A stretch of 64,000 nucleotides of DNA from contig JBHGNT010000008.1 in NCBI GenBank assembly GCA_043228905.1, forward strand, positions 5,952,001 through 6,016,000, read 5' to 3'. This stretch comes from Azolla caroliniana (taxonomy: Eukaryota; Plantae; Polypodiophyta). Positions 26,055 through 38,400 of this stretch are shown here, piece by piece. Position numbers and translations under genes: made by a program. Within the stretch, counting starts at the first letter, position 1. The number at the start of each line of letters is the position of its first letter. Under the pieces are notes generated by a model that saw nothing but the letters and a program-made list of their open reading frames with translations, did not search any database and was not told where the DNA came from.

Positions 26055-26443
26055 AGCTTAAATAGAGTGTCTAATAGATAAAGGAACTAGGTTTTCGAAA
26101 GAAAGGGGAGATGTATTAATGTCTCTTAGAGAGAGAGTGAAAGCAAATGGAAGCAACAAAAGTGTATTAATATCTCTTAAAGAGAGAGTCACGGCAATAT
26201 TTAATGTTACCTTCCTTTTATGTAGCTCATCATCTATGTATTATATCAGTTTTAAACCATTTTCGCATGTGTGCATGTGTGTATGAGTATTTTCATATGC
26301 ATGGTTGTGTTTGTATACATGTATGAATGCATGCACACATGCATTTGCAACATTTCCTCTCATGTTTTTTTCCATGTTAATCTGTGTATTTGCTATCATC
26401 ATTTCATAGGCAAGAATAGCTCTTTTCTTCTTGAGAAGCCTCG

Positions 26444-26578
26444 TGGGGAGCTCATGGTGGTGGTGCGTTCTCTGGGAAGGACCCTACCAAGGTCGATTGG
26501 AGTGGAGCTTACATTGTGAAGCAAGCTGCGGAGAGTATTGTCGCAGTAGGACTTGCCCGTCATTGCATTGTCCGGGTA
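26444..26578 (+). pseudogene. metK: S-adenosylmethionine synthetase gene fragment (45 codons)
   Basis: Translates as [45 protein letters not shown], the SAMS signature [16 protein letters not shown]. Confidence 0.92.
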
Positions 26579-29234
26579 TGTATTTGTCTTGTGACCATGG
26601 TGGATGTTGTGCCTTGTTCTTCACTCATTATGACATATTTTCTTCTTTTTCATGCAAATAAAGTCATGAGAAAAGAATGACCATTGTTCTTCTTAGGAGC
26701 TTAGTAGAAATCATGTTTAGTTGCGCATATTGCTTTAGGAATGTATAATAGTACTATAGCTTTATATATTCATTGTGTTTCCTTTTTATTCTTCAAATTA
26801 AATGGAAATGACGAGAAATATATTTTATTTAGGAAACCAATTATTTCTGACCTGGGATGATGGCTATCCACCTCAAACTTTGTAGAGGTGGAAACAAACA
26901 TTACCAGAAGATTGTGAATCATGCATTTCTTCCTATGTCTGTCTTTTGTTCTATCAGTATGGTTGGTCTTCATTCCTATGAATTGCATAAACTTTGAAAC
27001 TTCCAAATCCTAACTCTTTGGACTAAATTTGTATGTCCTAGTTTGCTCCTCTTATACATGTTATATTCATCATGTAAGTCATGGTAATTAGATTAAATAT
27101 TTATCAATGTTTTGGGCACATAATTCATGTTTCACTTTCAATTTACATCAACTGGTATTGCTTCTCAACTGTATACAATGCACATGTTGCTTACCAAAAT
27201 GTGTTTACTTTTAAACTCTTGTATGCTCAATATAGTAATTAAATATAGAGCAATTTAAAGCCCATAATAGGTAGATTGTTGCTTAGACTAACGAATATGT
27301 AACAATCGGAAGGTCACATTTGTAAAGTAGTAGGAAAATGAAGAACACTTCATTCGTATTTTAAATATGGAGAGGATACCTAGTGAGGTGGTCTACTGAT
27401 TACAAATATTAAACATATTTAAGCTTCTGAGTGGCTGTTATAAAAGGGGGAGATAGTCTAGTTGATTGATAAATGAATAATTGTATGTGTTGTAATATAA
27501 AACAATTTCCATTACTTTCATCTAGTCTAATGAATAATTGTTTTTTTGAAACACCATTTGAACCTTAGATGTAATGGTGGTTTGATTTGAAACATGTTTC
27601 ATTATTATTGGTCAAATTTGGGGAACAAAGATTCAAACTTTAAACCCATTGAATCTAAGGAATGGCTCTAATCACTAAGCCATTTACTTTTAGCATTCTT
27701 TCAATTTATCACTTCCTTACTTGTAACTTGCTTGCCTTGAGATAGTCGGGTACTTTATTTGAGTCGAGTGACTTGTTAGGTGACTGCCTTTGAGTCGGGT
27801 GACCAAAAACAAGATTTCTTGATGACACTTTTTTATCCAAATCAAACATGCCCTAAGTTGGGCAACTTGTATTGTCCATGGAATGACTCTCTTGTAGGCC
27901 TCTTTATGATTTAGGTGCAAATAAACACAAGCCACTACACACATACACATAACATATAGACACATGCCATACATGTAAGATATACAACACATAAATAAAT
28001 AAACATGGAATACAATGAAATACATACATATGAACACACACACACACACATACACATACGTACACATGTATAAAACATACATGTGTGTTCTATGTAAGGG
28101 CATTTAAAATGAGTTGTTGTCAAAATATATATTGGCACGAAGCGGTATTTTTATTAGTTGTTTTTTTATAGAAGGGTATCTAAACTAGTAAAAAATATAC
28201 GTATAAGGGGTTTATAAAAGATGTCATGAACGCACGTGATACAACCTCTTTATATATAGTGGAGCCCCCGGGGGACAAGGAGAGAGAGCTTAATGGAAAG
28301 ATGGCCTACGCATCGGCCGTAGGAAGTATCATGTACGCAATGGTGGCGACCCGACCCGACCTAGCCTATGTCGTAGGAGTGGTCAGCCAGTACATGTCAA
28401 ACCCAGGACGGAAGCATTGGGAGGCCGTCAAGAACATCTTAAGGTACGTGAGAGGGAACGAAGATACACAACTGACTTTCGGACTGACAACCTCAGCCAA
28501 AGTCGAAGGCTACACCGATTCCGACTATGCCGGGAATACGGACAATCAGAAATCGACATCAGGTTACATCTTCACCTATGGTGGCAGTGCGATATCACGG
28601 AGATCGAAACTTCAAGAGTGCACGGCTCTATCGACCATAGAAGCCAAGTACATAGCAGCATTGGAGGCAGCGAAGGAAGCGATTTGGCTACATCAACTGT
28701 CTGTCGACTTCTCAGCTATAAGCCAAACCAACCGACCTGCGCCAACCATCTATCACGCAAAGAAAAAGCATATTGAGGTGCGGTATCATCACATCCGGGA
28801 GCTCACAACCAAGAAGAAGCCCGAAGTCCAGAAGATCGACACCGAGGTGAACATCGTTGATTTCCTGACAAAGACACTCCTAGATCAACGCTTCAGAGCA
28901 CTAAGGACAAAGATGGGACTACGACAAGCAACCGAGCAGAAGAAATTGAACGAGGAGCAGAAGGTAAGAGTTGACCGAATCAATCATGATAATGAGCCAT
29001 GCTAGGCTCGACACGGACCTCACCTATTCCGACTCGACTATATGCCGACCGACTTGTAACATAAATCTAGATTAGTGTTGTAATCTAAGTTTACGGGGGA
29101 GACAACCCCAAACACTTGTACATCTAGGAAAGAGTAGTCCTTTTACGGGGGAGTTTGTTAGCATAAAAGGTCAACTCCCTCCGCTTTGTATCCTAGTGTG
29201 AACTCGTCCACATAGTTAGGGCTTAATATATAAG

Positions 29235-30799
29235 TGATAGCGTGTATAAGACAAAGGATAGTTATACACAATATGGGGGCTTGACCAAACCGATTAGATG
29301 GAGTTATGAATCATAATATATTATATAGATCAAGGTATCTACGAATTAGAGAGAATGACTCAAGAAATTAAGAAAAAAGATTGAGAAGATGAGCAAGAAA
29401 TAAGAATGTTCTCATATTCCACTATCAAGAGAATACAAAGGAGATAAACTCCACTAAAACCAAAGACCTTCCTCTTCTAAGACACTTCCTCTTCCACTAA
29501 GACACCTCTTCCTAAGACTCCTCCTCCACTCTTACGATCCTCATCCGCTCTTCCTAAGACTCCTCCACACTTAGGACTCCTCATCCACTCTTAGGATCCC
29601 CTCTCTCTTAGTTCCTCCGTCTAAGACTATCACTTTCTCTTTTATAATTTTCTTCTTCTTCCTCGTTCACGCTATTTTTAGAAGCTTTTTATCTCCTAAT
29701 TTTAGCTAAGACCCAACGACCTTCTAATTGTCATATCGCCCTCCTCAGAGCTCCGAATTAAATTAGTGATTTAAAACGTTATAGATAGCTCTCTTTACAA
29801 GCTTTTTAACCCATATTTAAACATAATATTTGGGTGAAAAATGAAGGAGTTATGACCATTCCTTTCTTACTGTTTCTCATGGTCCGTTTTTCTCATTTTA
29901 CTTTTCTCTTGGTCTCTTACTTTTACTTTTGACTTCTTCCTAAGGTCTTGGTTCGTGTTCTTAGCCTCCAAATGTGAATTATCCATACTTTATATCCATC
30001 TAGTGTTCAATGGTTTGAATTCAAAAAACACTTTCAAAAATGATAGGGTGTTTAAGACAAAGGGTAATCTTACACTATATGAGGGCTTGAACAAACTGAT
30101 AAGATGGAGTTGTGACTCATAATATATTATATAGATCAAGAGAGACTCAAGAAATTAAGAAAAAAAGATAGAGAAGATGAGAAAGAGATAAGATTGTTAT
30201 GATATTCCAATATCAAGACAATACAAAGGAGATAAACTCCACATTCAACTAAGAAACCAAAGACCTTCTTACTACCAATCACTCAAAAACCACAATTAAG
30301 ACCCTTCCTCTTTCACTAAGATTTCTCTTCCTAAGACTCCCTCTCCTCTATTAGGATCCTCTCCCTATTAGTTCTTTTGTCTAAGACTATCACTTCCTCT
30401 TTTATAATTTTCTTCTTCTTCCTCGTTCACGCTATTTTTAGAAGCTTTTTATCTCCTAATTTTAGCTAAGACCCAACGACCTTCTAATCGTCATATCGCC
30501 CTCCTCAGAGCTCCGAATTAAATTAGTGATTTAAAACGTTATAGGTAGCTCTCTTTACAAGCTTTCTAACCCATATTTAAACATGATATTTGGGTAAAAA
30601 ACGAAGGAGTTGTGACCATTCCTTTTTTACTGTTTTTTATGGTCCGCTTTTTCTCTTTTTACTTTTCTCTTGGTCTCTTACTTTTACTTTTGACTTCTTC
30701 CTAAGCTCTTAGTTCGTGTTCTTATCCTCCAAATGTGAATTATCCATACTTTATATCCATCTAGTGTTCAATGGTTTGAATTCAAAAAACACTTTCACA
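29235..30799. mobile_element. Head-to-tail pair of LTR-like units without internal domain, 5-bp TSD ATAAG
   Basis: Units 29235-~30038 and 30041-30799 both run TGATAG...AAAACACTTTCA. ATAAG lies at 29230-29234 and 30800-30804. Confidence 0.8.
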
Positions 30800-30989
30800 A
30801 TAAGCAATACCCTAACGTTGTAAAGAATAATCTTCTTATCGTGTCTATGAGAGAGAGAGAGACAAAGAACGTAATAGAGCTTCCATTAAAACTTCAAACT
30901 GTGTATATCTTTGCTTCTCTTTCTGTGTTGTTTTCTGACTACGAACTGAGACAGATCCTCATACGTTTCGGCATACATTTACGCTTCAC

Positions 30990-31900
30990 TCAAAGGGTAC
31001 ACCGATGCTGAATGCGTCGGCTATAAAGTCGACAGACAATCAACATCGAGATTCGTTCGGCAATGGAGCCATATCGTTGAGTAGTAAGAATCATCCGACA
31101 ATCGCATTGTCGAGCACAAAGGCCAAATACACTAGCACAACAATTGCCACATGTGAAGCCATTGGTTGAAACAAATCTTGAATGATCTGGGCATTCCCAT
31201 CAAGGATCTGATGCTCCTCTACTTCGACAACATGAGCAGTATCTACTTGGCCCGCAACTCAGTCTTTCACGCTCGAACCAAGCACATTGAGGTACACCAT
31301 CACTTCATCCGAGAGCGTGTCCTGGCCGGAGATGTCAACCTACAACACATCAACACGAATTTGCAAACGGCTGACATTTTCATGAAGGACCTGGGAGTCG
31401 ATAAGATGTGATAGTTCATGAAGAACCTAGGTCTTTTGACCGCTAACTAGTCGAGCTCGAGCGGGAGTATGGATGAGCAGTCGTTTAACACGAAGTTGAA
31501 CGGAGCAGAGTAGACACAAGAGTGAGCCTGAGTATCCATCGAACATGAAGTTGAACAGAGCAACGCAGACACGGGAGGGAACCTGAGCATTCTTCCGACA
31601 CGAAGTCGAACAAAGTAGAGTAGACACATGAGTGAGTCGATCATCCGAACCCGACCCGAAGCCCAGTCTAAACCAATTATTCAGCGATCGGAAGTTACAT
31701 CTAAAGGGGCGTGTTGAGAATCAAACTCAACTTCCCTAGTGTGGGAACGCACCTTAGGAATACCCAAGTGTGTGAACATCCCACCTCCTTTTATTATAAA
31801 CTAAGTGTTATAGAAGTTAAGTCCTATGACACAGTTTGTAGGTAGTTATAAAGTATCCGCCTCTTTTCCAAGTGGTGGTTGTAGTGAGAGAACATAGAGA
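30990..31900 (+). mobile_element. Ty1/copia RNaseH fragment with PPT and partial LTR
   Basis: FDNMSSIYLARNSVFHARTKHIEVHHHFIRE; AAGGGGCG precedes TGTTGAG at ~31712. Confidence 0.8.
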
Positions 31901-31998
31901 GATTCAGGTGATTACATAAGCACCCTTTGCTTCATTTTGTAATTGTGTGGGTTCATCTTGCTCCTTTAAATTTTTTTCTTGTTTTCTGTATACATTGT

Positions 31999-32111
<113 letters not shown>

Positions 32112-32119
32112 AACATAGA

Positions 32120-33400
32120 TCACTTCTATTGCACAAAATCACGCCCAATTCTTTATAGGCTCCAACAAGGCATGTTTTCTCATCCACATGGTCATTCCAA
32201 CCTGCCATTGTTTGAATTCTTCATTCAACTTCATAAGCCTCATCCACACGGAGCTTTCCCTTCCAAATTTGTTTCAAAAAAATCGACCAAATGTCTCCTT
32301 CTTGTGGGTCTTGGCCCCTTGTATCATTATCAACTTGAACTCCATCTGACATAGAATAATAAGTATTATTTACGTTCCTTCCCTCCAAATCCTCCATTAG
32401 CTTCTTCATTCCTCCACAACCAAAGTTGGTGCCTAGAGGTTGTCATGTCTCTAACAAATGGATGTGGTTGTCAGACAAGTATATGATATCATGCCGAAGA
32501 GCATTTTGGAAATCTGCACAATTAATTTGTTGATTGGTCCAAAGAATCACACCAAATACATCTACAAGGCAAATCAAGCCGATGGTTTTGGAAGTCACGA
32601 GTTCATTGATTGTTGTTTCACCAACTAGTCTTTCAACCACCTCATTTCTTGGCCTTGGTACTACTTTAGGTACATTTCTTTCATCTTGAATTCTTATCCC
32701 AATTGGGGTTATGGTATATGAAGTTTGCTCATTGTCCATTTGTAACGCTTGTCAAAGTGCCCACACGCTCTCTTTACCATGGCCCAATCCATAATAAGAC
32801 CATCTTCATTTTCCAAGAGTAGTTCAAACTCCCTCCGATCCTTCATATCTATCACTTTAAAAGAACAATAGCACGTTGGTAGAGTCTAATATAGTTTGGT
32901 CAAGCATAGATCGACCGCCAAATCTTTCATCAAACTCATGAAATGTTGCACTTGCACTCAACATTTTGTTGGGACTATCTAGCAGATCCATTACATCCTT
33001 CCTCTTTATTTGGGATGCATCATCGAAGCCATATTCCTCAAGTAAGTTTCGTGCAAAAGTCATTATTTCTTGTATCTCTAAGATGCGAGAATGGAGATTC
33101 AAAGCTACAACCCTAGCAAATCTTTACAACTTCCTTGTCACAGGAATGTCCATCGTTCGCATTTCGGTTTTGTAGGCCTCGAGGTATCGGGTGACATCTT
33201 TCCCATCGAAGCGACCATTTGCATCCACAATCTTTTCAATGGCCTTGTCAAGGCTTGTGGTGTTGGCTCTTTCATCAAAGCGTGTGGTCCATCATCATGA
33301 TCATCACTTGGGCCAAATTGTTATTCAAATCACCAGCATTTGATTCACCAGCCATCCTCCCTTGCCGCCCTTATCCCATCTGGTTCACCAAATTTATGTC
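32120..33400 (-). mobile_element. Decayed gypsy-type gag remnant
   Basis: The minus strand reads GRFDGKDVTRYLEAYKTEM...RILEIQE... and IQTMAGWNDHVD, resembling gag of this class of gypsy elements; many stops. Confidence 0.55.
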
Positions 33401-33589
33401 GTGAAGTTTCACACATTGGTGTGAAGACTGAGCGCAACCACTAGGGACTAGAGAGGATGGGTGACTCGAAGGCTCGTTAGAGTCAAAAGCTTCTAGGAGT
33501 TGAAAGGTCACTAGACAAAATCTCATTAGAGTTGAAGGCTCGACAAATTTGAAGGTCCTTAGAGTCGAGTACTCTTCAAACTCAAAGGC

Positions 33590-35443
33590 TTGTAAGATTT
33601 TATTTCTTGTAAGGGAGGCAGCGGAGTCGTCCTTGGGGGTACACAGGTTCGTATCTTGCTCTATGTAGACGACATAGTTTTGCTCTCTGAGTTCGAACAC
33701 AACCTACAAAGGCACCTTAATGCCTTAGATGACTTTTGCACACAACGAGGATTGGTAGTGAACCAAGGGAAAACTAAATTCCTTATCTTCCACACATCGG
33801 CTCAAGTTAGAACTAAGTGTCACCTAACCATCTCACATAGCCCAGTTGCGGTAGTTGGATCATATGTATATCTCAAAGTCACTTTCAGTGGTTAGGTAAA
33901 TTTTCTATGACATAGGTAGTGAAGGGTAAACTTACGAGAGGACATGCATCCCTCTCACTCTTAGAGAGACAATGTCACCATGCATACTTTCAAGAGCCAC
34001 AAACTAAGGGGTGGTTCTTTGACTCATAAGTGACCCCCTCCCTCATGTATGCATCAGTGGTTTGGGCTCTAGGGCTAGCATCTTTCATGTGGACGCAATT
34101 AGAGAGACCGTTGGTGATGATGTTATCATGCCAACTCCGAAGCAAATCGACAATACCACATGACATTATTAGAGCTGAGTTCACCTTACCCCCGATGTTA
34201 GTAGAAGCACTTTTTCAACTTGTAGTCTTTATTCATAGGATACATAGCCAACCACATGATAGGATATCTCATCAAGCTTTTGTGGCATCTCGATATCTAT
34301 ATGAGTCCAGTTGTACTAGCTCATGGTATGGCATGATGGTGAGTTGGCTTCTTGCAAACAGTCTAAACATTAATAATCTACCTTCCCTTAGGTACAACCA
34401 TGTGATTGATAACACTTTAATCTCTTATGAGGACCGTAATAAAGTAATACACCAAGAAATATGGAAAATTTACACTCGGAATAAATGGATCACCCCATTA
34501 GAGCTACTCCCATCTAAAATGTTGTACTTTAAGGAACAATTCATGCACTTCTCTAAGTTAGGTTTTATTACACGACCAAAATGTCTAGATGCATTCTTAC
34601 CAAATGCACTAACGGTTGCCATTGGACAACTTCGAATATCATCTCACCAACTTGAGATTGAGAATGGTTATACTAATGGAGTCCCTAGAGAGGAAAGGAT
34701 ATGTAGATTCTGTCACATAGAGATAGAGGATGAGTACCACTTTATGTGCAAGTGTCCAACTTACGCCGAGATAAGGGCAAAATACCGAGACATAATCGGT
34801 ACATCTCCCACCCTCCCCAAACTATTAGAAACTCTAGATATAAAGAACTTAGGCAGATATATCTTAGAGCAAAAACAACATAGAGAGAATATACAACAAA
34901 ATGTTGACAATAACGTTTCTAATATTTACCAACATATAACAAATGAAGTTTTTCAGGGATAGGGGGAGACAACGAATGTGGACACACCTGCACCGCTCGA
35001 CCTCTTCCTTGAAACAAAAAACCAAAGAAGAACCAAATGCCCTCAGATGTTGTGGTTTCAAAGAAACTCGACGTGGTGTAAAAGCAATTAAGAAAATAAG
35101 GGAAGGTTAGCTACACCGCTTGGAAGCCAGGGTTGGGGGGTGCCTTCTACATTGGGACCATGGGTCACACCCACACCGAAACCCTTTGACCTCCCACTTC
35201 TTTTCGAGAGGCTTGGATGGAAATGAAACTAGGCCTAGTACAAAGTAATTTCCTTTATCAAATATGTTAGTACACCATAACACGTTTTGTACAAATACTA
35301 GAACTCTTTTAGCTTAACTTCTATTTTTATTTTTATTTGTATTTCGATGATTGGGTAGACACCCGATTTTATTGTACACCAATTGTCTCATGGGCCAAAT
35401 TCTGGCCTTAGAAGACGTTAATATATCTTTCTTTCTATCTTTC
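33590..35443 (+). mobile_element. 5'-truncated LINE (RTE/RTEX-like ORF2 3' part)
   Basis: RT ILLYVDDIVLLS...VVNQGKTK...YVYL; C-terminal LRISSHQLEIE and ICRFCHIEIEDEYHFMCKCPTY; TCTT/TATC tail. It sits inside a ~17-bp (agtcgaaggct) degenerate array at 33460-33590 and 35445-35610. Confidence 0.88.
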
Positions 35444-38400
35444 TAGAGTCGAAAGGTCTCTAGACTCGAAGGCTCCTTAGAGTTGAAGGCTCTTAAGAGT
35501 CAAATTCTCCTCAGAATTGAAGATTACTCAAAGTCGAAGGTTCGCCAAACTCAAGGGCTCTTCAGACTTGAAGGCTCGTTAGAGTTGAACACTCTCTAGA
35601 GTCGAAGATAAGGCGGAGTCAAAAGTAAGGTAGGCCAATTACAAAAATGTGCCCTATTGTAATTGGGAATACAAGATTTTATTTACCTAAGTTACAATAT
35701 TCATTAGTAAGGATGACACCTTATATGTGTCATGAACTTTGGCTCGATTCCCTTGAACTTTGATCTTGAGAGTTGAAAAAACATTTCCAAATTAGCTATA
35801 GTTTCATTGATTGATTGTTATATGAATGTATTTCTCCTCGTATTTGGATGCTTAGATTTCTCCTCAAATAGGTGTTCGAATAAGAGTGTATATTTGATGT
35901 GTGAGTGCATGCATATGTGTTTGTATGCAATGTGCAACCGTCACTTGGTACACGTGTTAACATGTGTAAGTCATATATACAAAATTTATAAAACAGTGTT
36001 GTAATCTCTAATGGAAATATTTATCCTAATTGTTCACACTTGGTGGTTAATATGTGAGGTTATGGGTTCAAGCCTCATACTTGAAGATAACTTGCGATAT
36101 ATTTGAAATTGCTTCATAACGTTCATGCGAGATAAAAAAAATGATGTGGGATTCATTGGTAGCAATATATGATATATGTAGATTACGGGCGTAGATGCAT
36201 TGATTTTTACATTTAGATGTACTTCTCAATAAGACAAAAAATATGATATGGGATTGATTCATGGTAAGATATGTAGATTACAAAGGTAGATGCATAGATT
36301 ATTACCTTTAGATGTGCTTCTCGATGACATGTTTGTGAGCTTCTCAAAAGATTAAAACACATAACATTCATAATAGAGATCTGCTTCTCAAAAGACAACC
36401 ACAAAGTTCATGTGCATTATTTGCAATTTTATAATGGCTAACTATTAGCAACAGTTTGGGGGTCCCAAAGTAAAACCTTTTAAAGAATTTGAAAACTTAA
36501 ACCAAATTGGCAACCTACTTCAACTGAAACGACGTAAAACAAACCATTTGAGGGATTTCCAAGCTCAAACCAAACACTTCAAGAGATTTACATACCATGA
36601 AGTTGTTAAGCCATTGAATTGTTGTTTTGTGGTTCGGTTTCACAATTAGGTTTCGTGGTTTTACAATTCAGTCAAAACCAATCTTTTGTGTTAACTTTGC
36701 AAAGAATAAAATGATTTCTCAAATATTGTAACTTATTATGATAAGAGGCGATAACTCTTAGCCTTTTTATAAAGTTAATGCATATCTCAAAAACGTCCTA
36801 ACCCTAAACTAGTAAACCATTTCAATTGTAGTTTGAAGCCACAAACCATTAAGCCATTTAAGTTGTGGTTTGATGTCATTTAAATTGCAAATTGTTAAGC
36901 CGATAAAAGCTGAAACCAAACTACACATAACTAAATTGAACCCTTGAACCCCTAAGCCAAATCAAACCCGAATCAAATAGAATTTAAACCGTTAAGCTAG
37001 TAAACCAAAGCTTTTGTCAGTTCAATTCGGCTCAAATTGAACTATTGTTGATTGCTATTCATTGTTAATGTTCCATCCCAATGTGTCGATATCAAGGCTT
37101 ATTTTGTCCTTGTAAGTTATATCTAGAGTTCAAGCTAGTGTGAAAGTTTTGGGCTACCTAATCAATCATTTAAATGTGTGAAAGTTATAATTGACACATA
37201 GCATTGGAGAGAATTTGAAAGGACATTAAAGAGACACTTCAAGTATATGAAAACAAATAGAGAAAAACAATGGATTCCTTTGTAAATGAATTCTAGTAAC
37301 TTTTTGCTATTATGTAATCCCTTTAGGCTATTTGCGCCTCTTACCCATTTTTTCAATTATGTTATTATTTTTCTTGACTATTTATTGTCTTTTCCAAATC
37401 TTATCAATAAAAATGATTCCAAAACAAAATAAAACCAATAAACAAAAGTTAAAACATCTCAATTTCTTGGTGGTAGTTTAAAATTAGTAGATTGTTGTTT
37501 TGAGAGAAGCAAAATTGAAAAAGTTATTGTAAAGTCAATATTGTCAGGTGAGGTGAAAGAGCTCTTTTACCTTACCTTAACATGCGTACGAGTATTCTCA
37601 AACCACAACACACCTTAATGACAAGGCTTCTTGTTACATTAGACGCAAATGGGCAACTATTGTGGCATATGAACTAGCCTGCAAGGGTCCACATCCATTT
37701 TGTATGAAAGACCCAAGATAACGTGAATGCAAGCAACAAGGGTTGGTTAAAATCCACAAAGCCATCTCTCTTCATTTTGTGGGTATCCTTTCCACTTGAC
37801 AAAATTTGGGCAATGTTAAATTATAGTAGAATTAAATGTTAGTAATATTCATAAGACAAGTGTATGGGTGTTTGGTAAGCCCTCCTCAGTTCTCCATCCT
37901 AGTCTCTACAAGCAATGGTTGAAGGAATTTATACATGTGTAGAGACATAATGAAACATGAGATGTCACTTGAACAATATATAATACATTTTTTTCATGAC
38001 CAAGGTAATGAAAAACCCCAAGGAGATAAGCGTGCAATTACACATGGTCCCATGGTCCCAAGGCATAAATGTAAAAATCCACTTACCAATCGGATAGGCT
38101 AGTGTCATGAAAAAGTCCAACCTTTTTAAAGGTGTAGGATTAATCTAGAGTTTAACTATAAAATAGTTACAAGAATAGGCAAGTCAAATCATTCAAGGGG
38201 TGGCTAGCGTTATTAAGAACATAACAATTCCAATCTTAAAGCTTGTGTGTAAAATGTTCTCTAAATTAATACTATTCCTTTCCATCAAAGGTGGGGTATT
38301 GTCCAAATATATGTCAAAAAGAACTTGTAAAACAAGAGGAAAAAACTGATGAGAAAAGGTTGTACAAAAGAAGACAACATTTATGGCTGTACCCCATTCT

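Larger units (their letters stand above)
21831..28272. mobile_element. Non-autonomous TIR DNA transposon (6442 bp) with captured host-gene sequence
   Basis: Perfect 8-bp TSD GGACAAGG (21823-21830, 28273-28280). Termini CCCAGGGGCTTCATTG and rc CCCGGGGGCTCCACTA, plus an internal IR CACGTG(A/C)GTTCAT at position 35 from each end. Confidence 0.9.
20434..30985 (+). mobile_element. Another copy of the second copia family, split by two nested insertions
   Basis: The RT frame ...DSPAMDK at 21830 resumes as ERELNGK at 28281. The 3' LTR starts at 29156 and resumes at ~30805. Confidence 0.88.

Noticed and set aside
36400-37060. AAACCA/TGGTTT-rich tract resembling DNA-transposon subterminal repeats
   Set aside because: Could not define TIRs or a TSD.
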